Of a DNA stretch of 64,000 nt, positions 45,234 through 55,334 are shown piece by piece. Every line of letters begins with the position of its first letter. The first letter of the stretch is position 1. Origin of the DNA: Breoghania sp. Lineage in GTDB: Bacteria; Pseudomonadota; Alphaproteobacteria; Rhizobiales; Stappiaceae. Below the pieces are notes generated by a model, which was not told the DNA's origin, did no database searches, and saw only the letters and a program-made list of their open reading frames with translations. The DNA is taken from the NCBI GenBank assembly GCA_963678585.2, contig CAXXGA010000001.1:518228-582227 (forward strand). The letters are read 5' to 3'. The position numbers and the translations under genes were made by a program.

Positions 45234-46046
45234 ATGAACCTGACGCCGAAGATCACCGACGACGAGGAGCCCGGGGAAGACGAGATCCGCCGCGGGCGGG
45301 AATTCGTCGGTTCGCTGGAGCGTGGACTGAAGGTGATGCAGGCACTCGGCGACGCGCCGGAGGGGCTGACGCTGACCGACGTGGCAGGACGGGTCGGGCT
45401 TACCCGGGCCACCGCCCGGCGGTTCCTGCTCACGCTTCTGGAACTGGGCTACGTGCGACAGGACCGGCGGCTTTTTATCCTGACGCCGAAGGTGCTGTCG
45501 CTGGGGGTCTCCTACCTGAGCAACCGGCCGATCTGGCAGAGTGCTGCGCCGCTCATGCGCGAGCTTTCGCGGCAGGTGAACGAATCCTGCTCCGCCGCGG
45601 TGCTCGACGGCTCCGATATCGTTTATGTGGCGCGCGTGGCGGGCAACAGGATCATGTCGGTCAATATCACCATCGGCACGCGCCTGCCCGCCCTGACGAC
45701 CTCCATGGGCCGAGTCATGCTGGCGAACATGTCGCCCACGGCACTTCATGCGTTTCTCGCAAAATCGGATGTCCAGCGGCACACCGAATACACGCTGACG
45801 GACCATGACAGCCTCTTCAACGAGATCAGCACCGTGCGATCGCGCGGTTATGCGATCCTCGATCAGGAACTGGAAATCGGCCTTCGCTCTATCGCCGTGC
45901 CTTTGCGCGACCGTGCCGGGCGCGCCTTCGCCGGGCTCAATATCTCCAGCCAGACCGCGCGGGTCTCGCGCGAAACGATGATCGGAGAGTTCCTGCCGCT
46001 GATGCGCGAGACTGCGCGCCGCATCGAACAATTCTACGGCGCCTGA
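45234..46046 (+). CDS. pcaR: IclR-family regulator PcaR
   Basis: FVGSLERGLKV, GLTRATARRFLLTL, IGTRLPA.TTSMGRV.LA, GYAILDQELE.GLRSIAVP; divergent from pcaIJF. Confidence 0.88.
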   Translation: MNLTPKITDDEEPGEDEIRRGREFVGSLERGLKVMQALGDAPEGLTLTDVAGRVGLTRATARRFLLTLLELGYVRQDRRLFILTPKVLSLGVSYLSNRPIWQSAAPLMRELSRQVNESCSAAVLDGSDIVYVARVAGNRIMSVNITIGTRLPALTTSMGRVMLANMSPTALHAFLAKSDVQRHTEYTLTDHDSLFNEISTVRSRGYAILDQELEIGLRSIAVPLRDRAGRAFAGLNISSQTARVSRETMIGEFLPLMRETARRIEQFYGA

Positions 46047-46303
46047 CCGGGGTCGATATAGTCAGTTATTACTATAACGACTAATTGACATCGTGCCTTT
46101 CGACAGAGAAAACGGCAAAAAAGCGTTCCCCAAGCTGCCCCCAGCCTGTATGATATTGAGAATTCATATGGTATATGAGTGAGAACAGTTTGAAGGGCCC
46201 GATTGATAATGAGGTCCGTAATAATACTTTACGACTTTCGCAGTGAACGTGAGAAGAAATGGGCAGAATGCGCTCTTAAAGCGCACGTAACGGAAGGGAC
46301 CAA

Positions 46304-46978
46304 ATGGTCACGCCACAGCGACAGGCCGCATCCACGCGGGACAGGCTATTGTTTTCAGCCTGCCGGATTTTCGCTTCGAAGGGTTATCGCGACACGACGG
46401 TTGCCGATATCTGCGACGCGGCGCAGGCGAATATCGCGTCGGTCAACTATCACTTCGGAAACAAGGAGAGCCTGTATCGTCAGGTTTTCCAGCGTCTTAT
46501 CGATCTCTACGAACCGCCCGCGCCGCCGCAGAACGGCAGCGCCGACGACGGCGAGGCTCTGCTGAGATTCTACATCCTCGACCGGCTGGAGTGGCTGGTG
46601 CAGGACGACCCGCTCGAACGCCTCATCCGCGCAGAAATGGTCCAGCCGACCGGGTTGGTCGACGATCTTCGCGTGGCGGGACTGGAAAAGAGCCGGAATC
46701 ATTTCGTCGATGCCGTGCGCAGCATCGGGACCAGCACTCTTTCCGAAGCCACCTTGCGGCTTTGCGTTACCAGCATCCTCAGCCAGTGCCGCGCGTTCAT
46801 GGCCGTGAACCAGGCGGGCGTCTACACGCCGGACATGCCGCGTCCGACAGACGCGGAACTGGCAGCCTTTGCGGACTACGTCACGGTGTTCTCCGTGGCC
46901 GGAATCCGGGCGCTGGGAGAGCGTGAAGCGGACATACCTCTGTTCGCCAATCAGGTGGAAAAGGCCGTGGCAAGCTAG
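46304..46978 (+). CDS. TetR-family regulator (CerR/CecR-like)
   Basis: TRDRLL.SA..IFA.KGY..TTV.DIC.AA.AN.ASVNYHFG.KE.LY. Confidence 0.88.
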   Translation: MVTPQRQAASTRDRLLFSACRIFASKGYRDTTVADICDAAQANIASVNYHFGNKESLYRQVFQRLIDLYEPPAPPQNGSADDGEALLRFYILDRLEWLVQDDPLERLIRAEMVQPTGLVDDLRVAGLEKSRNHFVDAVRSIGTSTLSEATLRLCVTSILSQCRAFMAVNQAGVYTPDMPRPTDAELAAFADYVTVFSVAGIRALGEREADIPLFANQVEKAVAS

Positions 46979-47491
46979 GCGACGGCGCGCGACGCAGCCT
47001 CATGGTGCAACGCCATCGGGACAGCGATTGCGCCCTCGCCGAGGCACGGTCAAGCGCCAGAGGGGCCGTCGCCCCGTAAAGGGCATCGTCCTTCCAAAGC
47101 TGCAACCGTCCAGCAGAATACGACCGCGAACCTTGCTGCGGGCTGCGCCGACACGGCGCGGCTTTCGCCTCCCCCTTCCTGCGGTCGCTCATTTGCCGCA
47201 AGCACCTTCCTGCTCCGAACCTTTTCCCGCGCTCCGGTGACGCCACTTCGTCACCCGCGTCGCGCATGACGCCGCGTCTCCCCAAGTCGCTGCAAAAGGG
47301 GAAAAGGTTCTGACGATACGGCACATGAAGATCGGCCGCCGAAATCGTCCCGCCCACACCGGGATGTTCGACGCTGCAATGGTCGAGATGCCCGTGACTT
47401 GTCGTCACGACCGTCAGGACGCCCAGAGACCCCCCGCTCCGCTTTCAAGTGCTTACGCCCCCCCCCGTCACGGCCTCCCCACCGGCGATCC

Positions 47492-47517
47492 TGAACGCCT
47501 CATTCAGTTCGCGTTCA
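47492..47517. promoter_or_regulatory. Inverted/direct repeat upstream of the RcnB-like gene
   Basis: TGAACGC-N12-GCGTTCA, containing TTCA repeated at 11-bp spacing. Confidence 0.4.
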
Positions 47518-47562
47518 AAATCCGGCGACTAGAAAACATCCATGCACCTTTGGAGAAAAACA

Positions 47563-47970
47563 ATGCGCAAATTCAAAGCCATCGCCGCCTCGATCGCCAT
47601 CGGCATGAGCAGCCTCATCGCAGTCGGCCCTGCTCTGGCAGCGCCCCGTACCGTCGTCGCCCAGCACCAGTACAAGCCCAGCGCTCACAGGCCCGGCAAC
47701 CACAAGCCCCAGAAACAAAAGCCGGGCGATCACAGGCCGGGCAAGCACCAGCCGCCGTATGCCGGGCCCACAAGACCGCAACCACACGCCGCCTGGCAGA
47801 AACGCGACGGCAAGACGCCCAAAGCCCATCGCACCAACACGGCTAACTATCGGCACAACCGCTTGAAACAGCCACCGCGCGAAACCCACTCAGACCATCA
47901 CGATGAAACGTCCGTGATCGTCGCGATTTCGGCGGGCATCATTGCCACCGTCCTCGCCGCAACCCACTGA
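47563..47970 (+). CDS. Secreted RcnB-family-like protein (divergent)
   Basis: SD GGAG; signal peptide; His/Lys/Pro repeats; C-terminus W.K...NYR..RL..PPR...VIVAISAGIIATVL resembles the RcnB domain. Confidence 0.6.
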   Translation: MRKFKAIAASIAIGMSSLIAVGPALAAPRTVVAQHQYKPSAHRPGNHKPQKQKPGDHRPGKHQPPYAGPTRPQPHAAWQKRDGKTPKAHRTNTANYRHNRLKQPPRETHSDHHDETSVIVAISAGIIATVLAATH

Positions 47971-47983
47971 GTTCAGGCGATCC

Positions 47984-48015
47984 AAAGCCCGTCATCGTGA
48001 GATGGCGGGCTTTTT
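47984..48015 (+). terminator. Intrinsic terminator
   Basis: AAAGCCCGTCATC-GTGA-GATGGCGGGCTTTTT. Confidence 0.8.
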
Positions 48016-48153
48016 CGTGAATGGGGACGCAACGTTAATCCCTCTTTCGTACGCAACGTAACTCCATTACCCTTATCGCGTGTGCTGCCGCCTCTTTCGC
48101 AACAGCGGGAATTTGCACCTCATTCAACGCCCGAGACCCAGGAGAACCGAGCC

Positions 48154-49794
48154 TTGAGCGAAGATCGCTGCAACGTCCTGCTGGTCCAGCCCCGGTTCGT
48201 GGTTGGCTCCTTCTGGAACTATCAGGCGACCTGCGAGATGATCGGCGCGAAATATCCCGCGCCGCCGCTGGGCCTGATCACCATCGCCGCCATGCTGCCG
48301 GAAAGCTGGGACATGCGGCTCGTCGACTGGAACACGCAGGACCTCGACGAGGCGGACATAGCCTGGGCCGATCTCGTGATGACCGGCGGCATGCTCCCGC
48401 AGCAGCCTTCCACGCTGGCCGTCATCGAGCGCTGCAAGGCGCAAGGCGTGCCGGTGGCCGTCGGCGGCCCGGACGTTACCACCAGCCCGGACATGTACGC
48501 CCATGCGGAGTTCCGGGTGACGGGCGAGGCGGAAGGTATTCTGGACAAGTTCGTGGACGCCTGGCGCGCGGGAGAACGCTCCGGCCTGTTCAACGCGGAG
48601 CGCTTCAAGGCCGACGTGACCTCGACGCCGGTGCCACGCTTCGACCTTCTGAACTTCAGGGATTACACCCAGATCTGCGTGCAGTATTCGCGCGGCTGCC
48701 CCTTCACCTGCGAGTTCTGCGACATCATCGAGATCTATGGCCGCGTCCCGCGCACCAAGACCTCGGAACAGATGCTGGCGGAACTGCAGGCGCTTTACGA
48801 TCTCGGCTATCGCGGAAATGTCGATTTCGTGGACGACAATCTGATCGGCAACAAGAAGGCGGTGAAGGCCTTCCTGCCGGAGCTGATCGCCTGGCAGAAG
48901 GCGCATAAATACCCCTTCATGCTGTCCACCGAGGCGTCTCTCAATCTCGCCGACGATCCGGACCTGCTGCAGATGATGCGCGATGCGGGCTTCTTCACCG
49001 TCTTCATCGGCATCGAGAGCCCCGATCCGGAAATCCTCAACGCCACGCGCAAGAAGCAGAACACCCGGCGCGACATCGCGGCAAGCGTCCACCGCATCTA
49101 CGAGGCGGGGATCTTCGTTCTGGCCGGGTTCATCGTCGGCTTCGATGAAGAAAAGGCGAGCGTGGCGGAGCCCATTTGCGGGCTGATCGAAGACGCCGCC
49201 ATTCCGGTTTCCATGGCGGGGCTGCTGTTTGCCCTGCCGGAGACGCAGCTCACCCGGCGGCTGGAGCGCGAAGGCCGCCTGCATCCGGGCCACAGCCTTG
49301 CGGAGGGCGATCTCGGCGATCAGTGCACCGCGGGCCTCAATTTCGATACCTTGCGGCCGCGTGCGGAGATCCTGAAGGACTACCGTCGGATCATCGACCA
49401 CATCTATTCGCCGGAAAACTATCTGACCCGCGTGCGCCGGGTGGTGGACATGCTCGACATGTCGGGCCCCAATGGCGACCTCACACGCCCGCGGCTCAAA
49501 AAGGATCTGAGCGAGTTCGCCCGCATCTGTTGGCAACTGACGGTCCGCAGGCCGGAACATCGCAAGCCCTATCTCAAGCTTCTCTGGTATTGCCTGAAAA
49601 ACAATCCGCGCGCGCTGAACGCCGCCATCATCCTTTACGCACTGTTCGTGCATCTCGGCCCGTTTTCGCGCTATGTGCTGGGCGAGATAGATCAACAGAT
49701 CGAAGACGTGGAAAGCGGCGTCTGGCAAAGACCCCAGGACAGGCCGATCGTCGGCAAACCCTGGCGGGAGCCTTCCATGGAAGCGGCGCAATAG
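48154..49794 (+). CDS. Cobalamin-binding radical SAM protein (HpnP-like/DUF4070 architecture)
   Basis: TTG start after GGAG; PPLGLITIAA, VAVGGP, RGCPFTCEFCDI (CxxxCxxC), FVDDNLIGN, FIGIES. Confidence 0.88.
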   Translation: MSEDRCNVLLVQPRFVVGSFWNYQATCEMIGAKYPAPPLGLITIAAMLPESWDMRLVDWNTQDLDEADIAWADLVMTGGMLPQQPSTLAVIERCKAQGVPVAVGGPDVTTSPDMYAHAEFRVTGEAEGILDKFVDAWRAGERSGLFNAERFKADVTSTPVPRFDLLNFRDYTQICVQYSRGCPFTCEFCDIIEIYGRVPRTKTSEQMLAELQALYDLGYRGNVDFVDDNLIGNKKAVKAFLPELIAWQKAHKYPFMLSTEASLNLADDPDLLQMMRDAGFFTVFIGIESPDPEILNATRKKQNTRRDIAASVHRIYEAGIFVLAGFIVGFDEEKASVAEPICGLIEDAAIPVSMAGLLFALPETQLTRRLEREGRLHPGHSLAEGDLGDQCTAGLNFDTLRPRAEILKDYRRIIDHIYSPENYLTRVRRVVDMLDMSGPNGDLTRPRLKKDLSEFARICWQLTVRRPEHRKPYLKLLWYCLKNNPRALNAAIILYALFVHLGPFSRYVLGEIDQQIEDVESGVWQRPQDRPIVGKPWREPSMEAAQ

Positions 49795-49822
49795 GCTGCA
49801 AGCGTCGGACCGGCGCGCCCGG

Positions 49823-50095
49823 TCACTCCTCGCCGAAGCGATAGGGACGGCGGGGTTTCTTCGCATCGAGTTCGCGCGGATTCGTTTCCCCCACATGATC
49901 GTGAGACCGCGAACCGCGAGCGCGCGAGGGCGCCTCCTCGCCATCGGCGGCAGGCGCGCCGCCGTGGGAGAGAAAGCCGCGCGAACGCAGGCCCGGGCTC
50001 TTGTCGCCCTGCTGGCCGGAAGGTCGGGACGGGCCGGAAGCACGGCGTTTTCCGCAAGCATGGGGCTTACCGAATTTCGCGTCCTTGTCCTTCAT
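49823..50095 (-). CDS. Small basic, probably disordered hypothetical protein (90 aa)
   Basis: SD GGAGG 8 nt before ATG 50095; occupies the gap between the radical SAM gene and fmt. Confidence 0.45.
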   Translation of the reverse strand: MKDKDAKFGKPHACGKRRASGPSRPSGQQGDKSPGLRSRGFLSHGGAPAADGEEAPSRARGSRSHDHVGETNPRELDAKKPRRPYRFGEE

Positions 50096-50312
50096 CTCAC
50101 CGTCCTCCTGCGCCCGCCCGGGCGTTGCCTGATCATCCTGTAACCAAGGCCACATGCGCGATCAATCCGCATTCGTCGCGCCCGTCGGGCTGCGAACGTC
50201 CACAGCCCCGTGACACTTTCCTCCGCGCCAACGGTTGCATCGGGCGGGCGAGACGTCACATACAGGAGAAAGCTCCAAGCCAGTTGAGCCGCCGCATCGA
50301 CAGGGAATACGC

Positions 50313-51254
50313 ATGTCGCTCAAAGTCGTCTTCATGGGCACCCCGGACTTTTCCGTGCCCACCCTTCTGGAAATCATCGGGCAAGGCCATGAAGTCGTCG
50401 CCTGTTACACCCAGCCCCCGCGCCCGGCGGGTCGTGGCATGGACGAGCGCCCCTCGCCCGTCCAGCTCAAGGCGGAAGCCTTCCACATCCCCGTCTATAC
50501 CCCCACGACGCTGAAAAGCCCGATCGAACGCGAGAGCTTCCTTTCGCATGAAGCGGATGTGGCGGTGGTGGTCGCCTATGGCCTGATCCTGCCCAGGGAC
50601 ATTCTGGAAGCCCCGACCTATGGCTGCCTGAACCTGCATGCCTCGCTTCTGCCGCGCTGGCGCGGGGCCGCGCCGATCAACCGCGCCATCATGGCGGGAG
50701 ACACGGAAACGGGCGTGGAAGTCATGCAGATGGGCGAAGGTCTCGACACCGGCCCCGTCGCGATGGCGGAAAGACTCGCCATCGGTGCGGACATGACGGC
50801 AGGCGAGCTGCACGACCAGCTTTCGCGTCTCGGGGCGGACCTGATGGGCCGCGCGCTCGCCGCCCTGTCGCGCGGTGCGCTCGGCACGAGCCCTCAGGCG
50901 GAAGAGGGCGTGACTTATGCCGCCAAGATCTCCAAGGACGAGACACGCATCGACTGGTCGCGCCCGGCCGGGGAGGTTCACAACCACATTCGCGGCCTTT
51001 CTCCCTTCCCCGGCGCGTGGTGCAACCTGCCGCGCGGCGACGGCAAGGAAGAGCGCGTGAAAGTTCTTCGCAGCACGTTTGCAGAGAGCGGCAACGCTTC
51101 GGCCAAGCCGGGCGAAGTGCTCGACGGGCTCACGATCGCCTGCGGCGAGGGGGCGGTGAAGCTGCTGCAGGTTCAGCGCGCCGGCAAGCGGCCGATGGAA
51201 GCAGATGAGTTTCTTCGCGGCGCAAAACTGGCGAAGGGCACGATACTGCCTTGA
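50313..51254 (+). CDS. fmt: Methionyl-tRNA formyltransferase
   Basis: [53 protein letters not shown]. Confidence 0.96.
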   Translation: MSLKVVFMGTPDFSVPTLLEIIGQGHEVVACYTQPPRPAGRGMDERPSPVQLKAEAFHIPVYTPTTLKSPIERESFLSHEADVAVVVAYGLILPRDILEAPTYGCLNLHASLLPRWRGAAPINRAIMAGDTETGVEVMQMGEGLDTGPVAMAERLAIGADMTAGELHDQLSRLGADLMGRALAALSRGALGTSPQAEEGVTYAAKISKDETRIDWSRPAGEVHNHIRGLSPFPGAWCNLPRGDGKEERVKVLRSTFAESGNASAKPGEVLDGLTIACGEGAVKLLQVQRAGKRPMEADEFLRGAKLAKGTILP

Positions 51255-51312
51255 TGATCGGGCAGGCAGTCATTCGATCTCCGTAAACGCAAATCGAAAC
51301 GAGGCAAGCACC

Positions 51313-51903
51313 ATGAGCGAGCCCCAGACTCCTCCCCCCGCAACACCAAACACGCCCGAGGCTGCCGAGGCCCCGGCGCCCACTCTCGCCTTTCGCCCCG
51401 CAGGCCCCAATGACGCGGTCCTGATCGGACGGCTGGTGCATGAGGCATTCGAGCGCGCCGACGAAACCAGACTCGTCGGCAAGCTCAGGACGAGCGACGA
51501 TTTCGCACTGGAACTGGTTGCAACCGACGGCGCGAATATTCTGGGCCATGTCCAGTTCACCCATGCCCGCCTTGTCGACAGCAAGGAGGCACTTTCCATC
51601 GTCATCCTCGCGCCCCTGTCGGTGCGCCCCGACATGCAGCGCAAGGGCATCGGAAGCGCGTTGGTGGAAGCGGCGCTGGAGCGCCTGCGCCATGACAGGA
51701 TCGATATGGTCGTGGTGCTCGGAGATCCGGCCTATTACACGCGCTTCGGCTTTTCCGCAGCGCTCGGCGAGAAATTCGACACCCCCTGGCCCGGACCGGA
51801 ATTCATGGCCATGGAGCTGCGGGACGGGGCGGCCGCCTCCCTCAAATCGGGCGATGCACCGGTCAAGCTGACTTTCACGGAAGCGCTTGTCGCCGCCGGG
51901 TAG
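51313..51903 (+). CDS. GNAT N-acetyltransferase (YhbS-like) with Pro/Ala-rich N-terminal extension
   Basis: E..LV.KLR, LAPLSV.P..QRKGIGSALV, VVLGDPAYY.RFGF. Confidence 0.85.
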   Translation: MSEPQTPPPATPNTPEAAEAPAPTLAFRPAGPNDAVLIGRLVHEAFERADETRLVGKLRTSDDFALELVATDGANILGHVQFTHARLVDSKEALSIVILAPLSVRPDMQRKGIGSALVEAALERLRHDRIDMVVVLGDPAYYTRFGFSAALGEKFDTPWPGPEFMAMELRDGAAASLKSGDAPVKLTFTEALVAAG

Positions 51904-51981
51904 TCGATTTCGCGGGAACAACGCGTTTTCGTCCCGCAAGTCCTCGTTGTGGCAGGCGGGAAGGTGAATTAACCTTGTCGC

Positions 51982-52767
51982 ATGACGCATATCGATCACC
52001 GCGCGGGCCTGATCGTCCTGCTGCCGCTTGTGCTTGTCTTCCTGGCCGGGCTTGCAGCGGGCGTTGCGGCGATTTTTCTCGTCTGCAACATCGCGCTCCT
52101 GCACCGGATCTGGGAGCGGGCGCAAGTCGTCTCGTTTGCGCTCTCGGCGGCTCTGTCCCTCAGCCTGTCGGTGCTGATCGGATCTGCCCTGTCCGGGCTC
52201 CTGCTGAAAATGGGGATCTTCGGCGAGGAGGTCTACGTGCCGGAGACCTACCCGGTTTTCCTGTTGCGCCCGGCGCTGGAGTTCTTCGTGATCATGCTGG
52301 CCGCGCTGGTCGTGGCTCTCTTTGCCTTCGGCTTCGTGCGGCGTTCTTCCGAACTGGTGCAGCGGATCGTCGTACCGCTCGCTTTTCTCGTCACCTTCAT
52401 CGTCGCCCTGTCGCTCGCAAAGACATGGTCGAGCTATCTGATCCTCGCAAACCAGTTCGACACCGACACGTTCGCAAGCACGCTCTACGAGATGATCTCC
52501 GGTGAATTTTCAGGGATGATCGGCGCTCTCACAAGCTTCGGCGGCGCGCTGGCGCTGCATCAGGGCGGCACTTTCTCGCACGTCTTCCTGATGATCGGCG
52601 GTGAACTCGACAGCCTGTGGATGATGGTGCGCAATGCGGGCGGCAACCAGTTCGTGCTGGTGGAGAGCTTTCCCGTCATCTTCGCGGTGTCGTCGCTCCT
52701 CTCACTGGTTTATATGGTGCTGCGCTGGCCGTTCACGGCGCTTTCGCATTCCAAAGACGACACCTGA
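51982..52767 (+). CDS. Hypothetical polytopic membrane protein
   Basis: 261-aa ORF with about six hydrophobic segments; no family recognised. Confidence 0.6.
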   Translation: MTHIDHRAGLIVLLPLVLVFLAGLAAGVAAIFLVCNIALLHRIWERAQVVSFALSAALSLSLSVLIGSALSGLLLKMGIFGEEVYVPETYPVFLLRPALEFFVIMLAALVVALFAFGFVRRSSELVQRIVVPLAFLVTFIVALSLAKTWSSYLILANQFDTDTFASTLYEMISGEFSGMIGALTSFGGALALHQGGTFSHVFLMIGGELDSLWMMVRNAGGNQFVLVESFPVIFAVSSLLSLVYMVLRWPFTALSHSKDDT

Positions 52768-52785
52768 TCAGAACACGACGCGCCC

Positions 52786-53523
52786 TTGCCCCGTTACAAG
52801 CTCACCATCGAATATGACGGCACCGCCTTTGTCGGCTGGCAACGCCAGGAACACGACATGTCGGTGCAGCAGGCCATCGAGGAGGCCCTTGCCGCCTTCA
52901 CCGGCGAGACGCCGGGCATTCGCGGGGCCGGGCGCACGGATGCGGGCGTTCATGCAACGGGACAGGTGGCCCATGTGGACCTGTCCCGTGACTGGGAAGC
53001 GGACAAGATCCGCGAGGCGACCAATGCACATTTGCGCCGACATGCGGTCGCCATCGTGGAAGCGGAGCGGGTGAGCGAGGAATTCGACGCCCGCTTTTCA
53101 GCCCTCAAGCGGCACTATCTCTACCGCATCATCGACCGCCGCGCCCCGCTGGCGCTGGAACGCCACCGCGCATGGCATGTGCGCCACCGGCTCGATGCGC
53201 AGGCCATGCACGACGCCGCGCAGTGCTTCCTCGGAAAGCACGATTTCACCACCTTCCGCGCCAGCCAGTGTCAGGCGAAAAGCCCGGTGAAGACGCTCGA
53301 CGCGTTCTCCGTTTCGCGCCACGGCGACGTGATCGATCTTCGGTGCTCGGCGCGCTCATTCCTGCACAATCAGGTGCGCTCAATGGTCGGCTCGCTGAAG
53401 CTGGTGGGCGAGGGAAAATGGAGCGCGCAGGATCTGTCCGACGCGCTCGACGCCGCCGACCGCACCGCCTGCGGGCCGGTCTGTCCGCCGGACGGGCTTT
53501 ATCTGACGCAAGTCGATTACTGA
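52786..53523 (+). CDS. truA: tRNA pseudouridine(38-40) synthase
   Basis: [50 protein letters not shown]. Confidence 0.96.
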   Translation: MPRYKLTIEYDGTAFVGWQRQEHDMSVQQAIEEALAAFTGETPGIRGAGRTDAGVHATGQVAHVDLSRDWEADKIREATNAHLRRHAVAIVEAERVSEEFDARFSALKRHYLYRIIDRRAPLALERHRAWHVRHRLDAQAMHDAAQCFLGKHDFTTFRASQCQAKSPVKTLDAFSVSRHGDVIDLRCSARSFLHNQVRSMVGSLKLVGEGKWSAQDLSDALDAADRTACGPVCPPDGLYLTQVDY

Positions 53524-53542
53524 GTGAGACCGGAGGCTGGGG

Positions 53543-54139
53543 TCAGCCGCCCGCGAAAATCCGCGCGGCAAGCATTTCCATAACCACCGACAGCATGGTG
53601 TCGAAAGCGACAATGCCCGCGGCGAAGGCGACGCCCGTCTCAAGCGCGATCTGGGCCGCGCGGAAGCGAAGAAAGAAGGTCATGCCGGTCGCAAACAGGG
53701 TCAGGAAGGCGAACGCTTCGGAATTGAAGACGCCAGCCTTGTAGATCAGAGCGACGACCCCAACCGGCATGATCGCGACCATCTCCACCCAGTTGCGCAC
53801 GACGATATACCTGACGAACTGATGTCCGATGCCCAGGGGCGCGGCCAGAATGGCGAGCACCAACGGGAAGGCGACCCAGTTCAGCGCAAGCATGAGAAGC
53901 GTCGCAACAAGCGACAGGTCCACCCCGCCCGCAGGCATGTCCACCATCTCTTCGAGGTAGACATCCAGTTGCGCGCTGGTGATGAGCAGGTAGGGAGCGG
54001 CAATCGGCACGACGAGCAGGAACGAGCGCCAGAAGCCTGCGAAGGACACATCGAACCCGCGCAGCCCCTCACGGTTGCCCTTGAAGAGAAACCAGACGCC
54101 AAGGACGGAATTGCGGATCTCTGCGCCGCTGAACATCAT
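53543..54139 (-). CDS. Hypothetical membrane protein downstream of dapE
   Basis: GFWRSF motif, five hydrophobic segments; begins 4 nt after the dapE stop. Confidence 0.65.
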   Translation of the reverse strand: MMFSGAEIRNSVLGVWFLFKGNREGLRGFDVSFAGFWRSFLLVVPIAAPYLLITSAQLDVYLEEMVDMPAGGVDLSLVATLLMLALNWVAFPLVLAILAAPLGIGHQFVRYIVVRNWVEMVAIMPVGVVALIYKAGVFNSEAFAFLTLFATGMTFFLRFRAAQIALETGVAFAAGIVAFDTMLSVVMEMLAARIFAGG

Positions 54140-54143
54140 ACGA

Positions 54144-55334
54144 TCAAGCCTTGAAATAGTCGGCGAGGAAACGCCGGTAGATGGCCGCGAGCCCGTCGAG
54201 GTCGTCGGTCGCCACGCATTCGTCGACCTGATGCATGGTCTGGCCGACAAGTCCGAATTCCACGACCGGGCAATAGTTCTTGATGAAGCGCGCATCCGAC
54301 GTGCCGCCACCGGTTGAAAGCTCGGGCTTGCGCCCGATCTCCGCTTCCACCGCCGCGCTCAGCGTTTCGATCAACGCGGCATCGTTGGTCAGGAAACTGT
54401 CGCTTCCGTCGGGGCGAAGCGCAAGATCCCAGGACAGGCCCTCGCCTGCCGCCTCGCCCAGAGCCGCCTCGATGCGCTCTGCCAGAGAGGCGCGTGTCCA
54501 TGTATCGTTGAAGCGCACGTTGAACCGCGCGCTCGCCGATTGCGGGATCACGTTGTAGGCCGGATTGCCCGTATCGATGGAAACGATCTCCAGATTGGAG
54601 GGCTGGAAGCGTTCGTTGCCTTCATCCAGCACCAGATCCTCCAGCGCCGCACAAAGCCGGATCAGACCCGGGATCGGGTTGTCGGCCAGGTGCGGATAGG
54701 CGACATGGCCCTGACGGCCGGTCACCGTGACCGTGCCCGAAAACGACCCGCGGCGGCCCACCTTGATCGCATCGCCGAGGCGATCCGGATTGGTCGGCTC
54801 GCCGACAATGCAGGCATCGAACTTTTCGCCCCGCTCGGCGCACCATTCCAGAAGCTTGACCGTTCCGTTGACGGCGGGGCCTTCCTCGTCGCCCGTGATG
54901 AGAAAGGAAATCGTGCCGCGGAAAGCGTCACCCTTTTCGGCGAGATAATCGAGGGCCGCGGCGGCGAAGGCCGCGACACCGCCCTTCATATCGACGGCGC
55001 CGCGCCCATGCAGAAAGCCACCGGAAATCTCACCCGCAAACGGCCCGTGTGCCCAGCTCGCCTCGTCTCCCGGCGGCACCACGTCGGTGTGACCGGCAAA
55101 GACCACATGCGGCGCGCCGGACCCGATGCGCGCGAAGAGGTTTTCGACATCCGGCGTGCCGGGGGCCGAAAAGGTCACGCGGTGGACCTCGAAACCGGCG
55201 TCTCCAAGCAACTGCCCCAGAAAAGCGAGCGCGCCGCCTTCCGCGGGCGTCACGCTCGGACAACGGATCAGATCGCGGGCGATACGGACGGGGGTGGAGA
55301 GCGAACTGTCGGAACTGGCGAGGGCGGCGGTCAT
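54144..55334 (-). CDS. dapE: Succinyl-diaminopimelate desuccinylase
   Basis: [57 protein letters not shown]. Confidence 0.95.
   Translation of the reverse strand: MTAALASSDSSLSTPVRIARDLIRCPSVTPAEGGALAFLGQLLGDAGFEVHRVTFSAPGTPDVENLFARIGSGAPHVVFAGHTDVVPPGDEASWAHGPFAGEISGGFLHGRGAVDMKGGVAAFAAAALDYLAEKGDAFRGTISFLITGDEEGPAVNGTVKLLEWCAERGEKFDACIVGEPTNPDRLGDAIKVGRRGSFSGTVTVTGRQGHVAYPHLADNPIPGLIRLCAALEDLVLDEGNERFQPSNLEIVSIDTGNPAYNVIPQSASARFNVRFNDTWTRASLAERIEAALGEAAGEGLSWDLALRPDGSDSFLTNDAALIETLSAAVEAEIGRKPELSTGGGTSDARFIKNYCPVVEFGLVGQTMHQVDECVATDDLDGLAAIYRRFLADYFKA

Noticed and set aside
48154-49794. Calling the radical SAM gene hpnP
   Set aside because: No hopanoid genes in the window, and diagnostic segments differ from characterised HpnP; family-level call only
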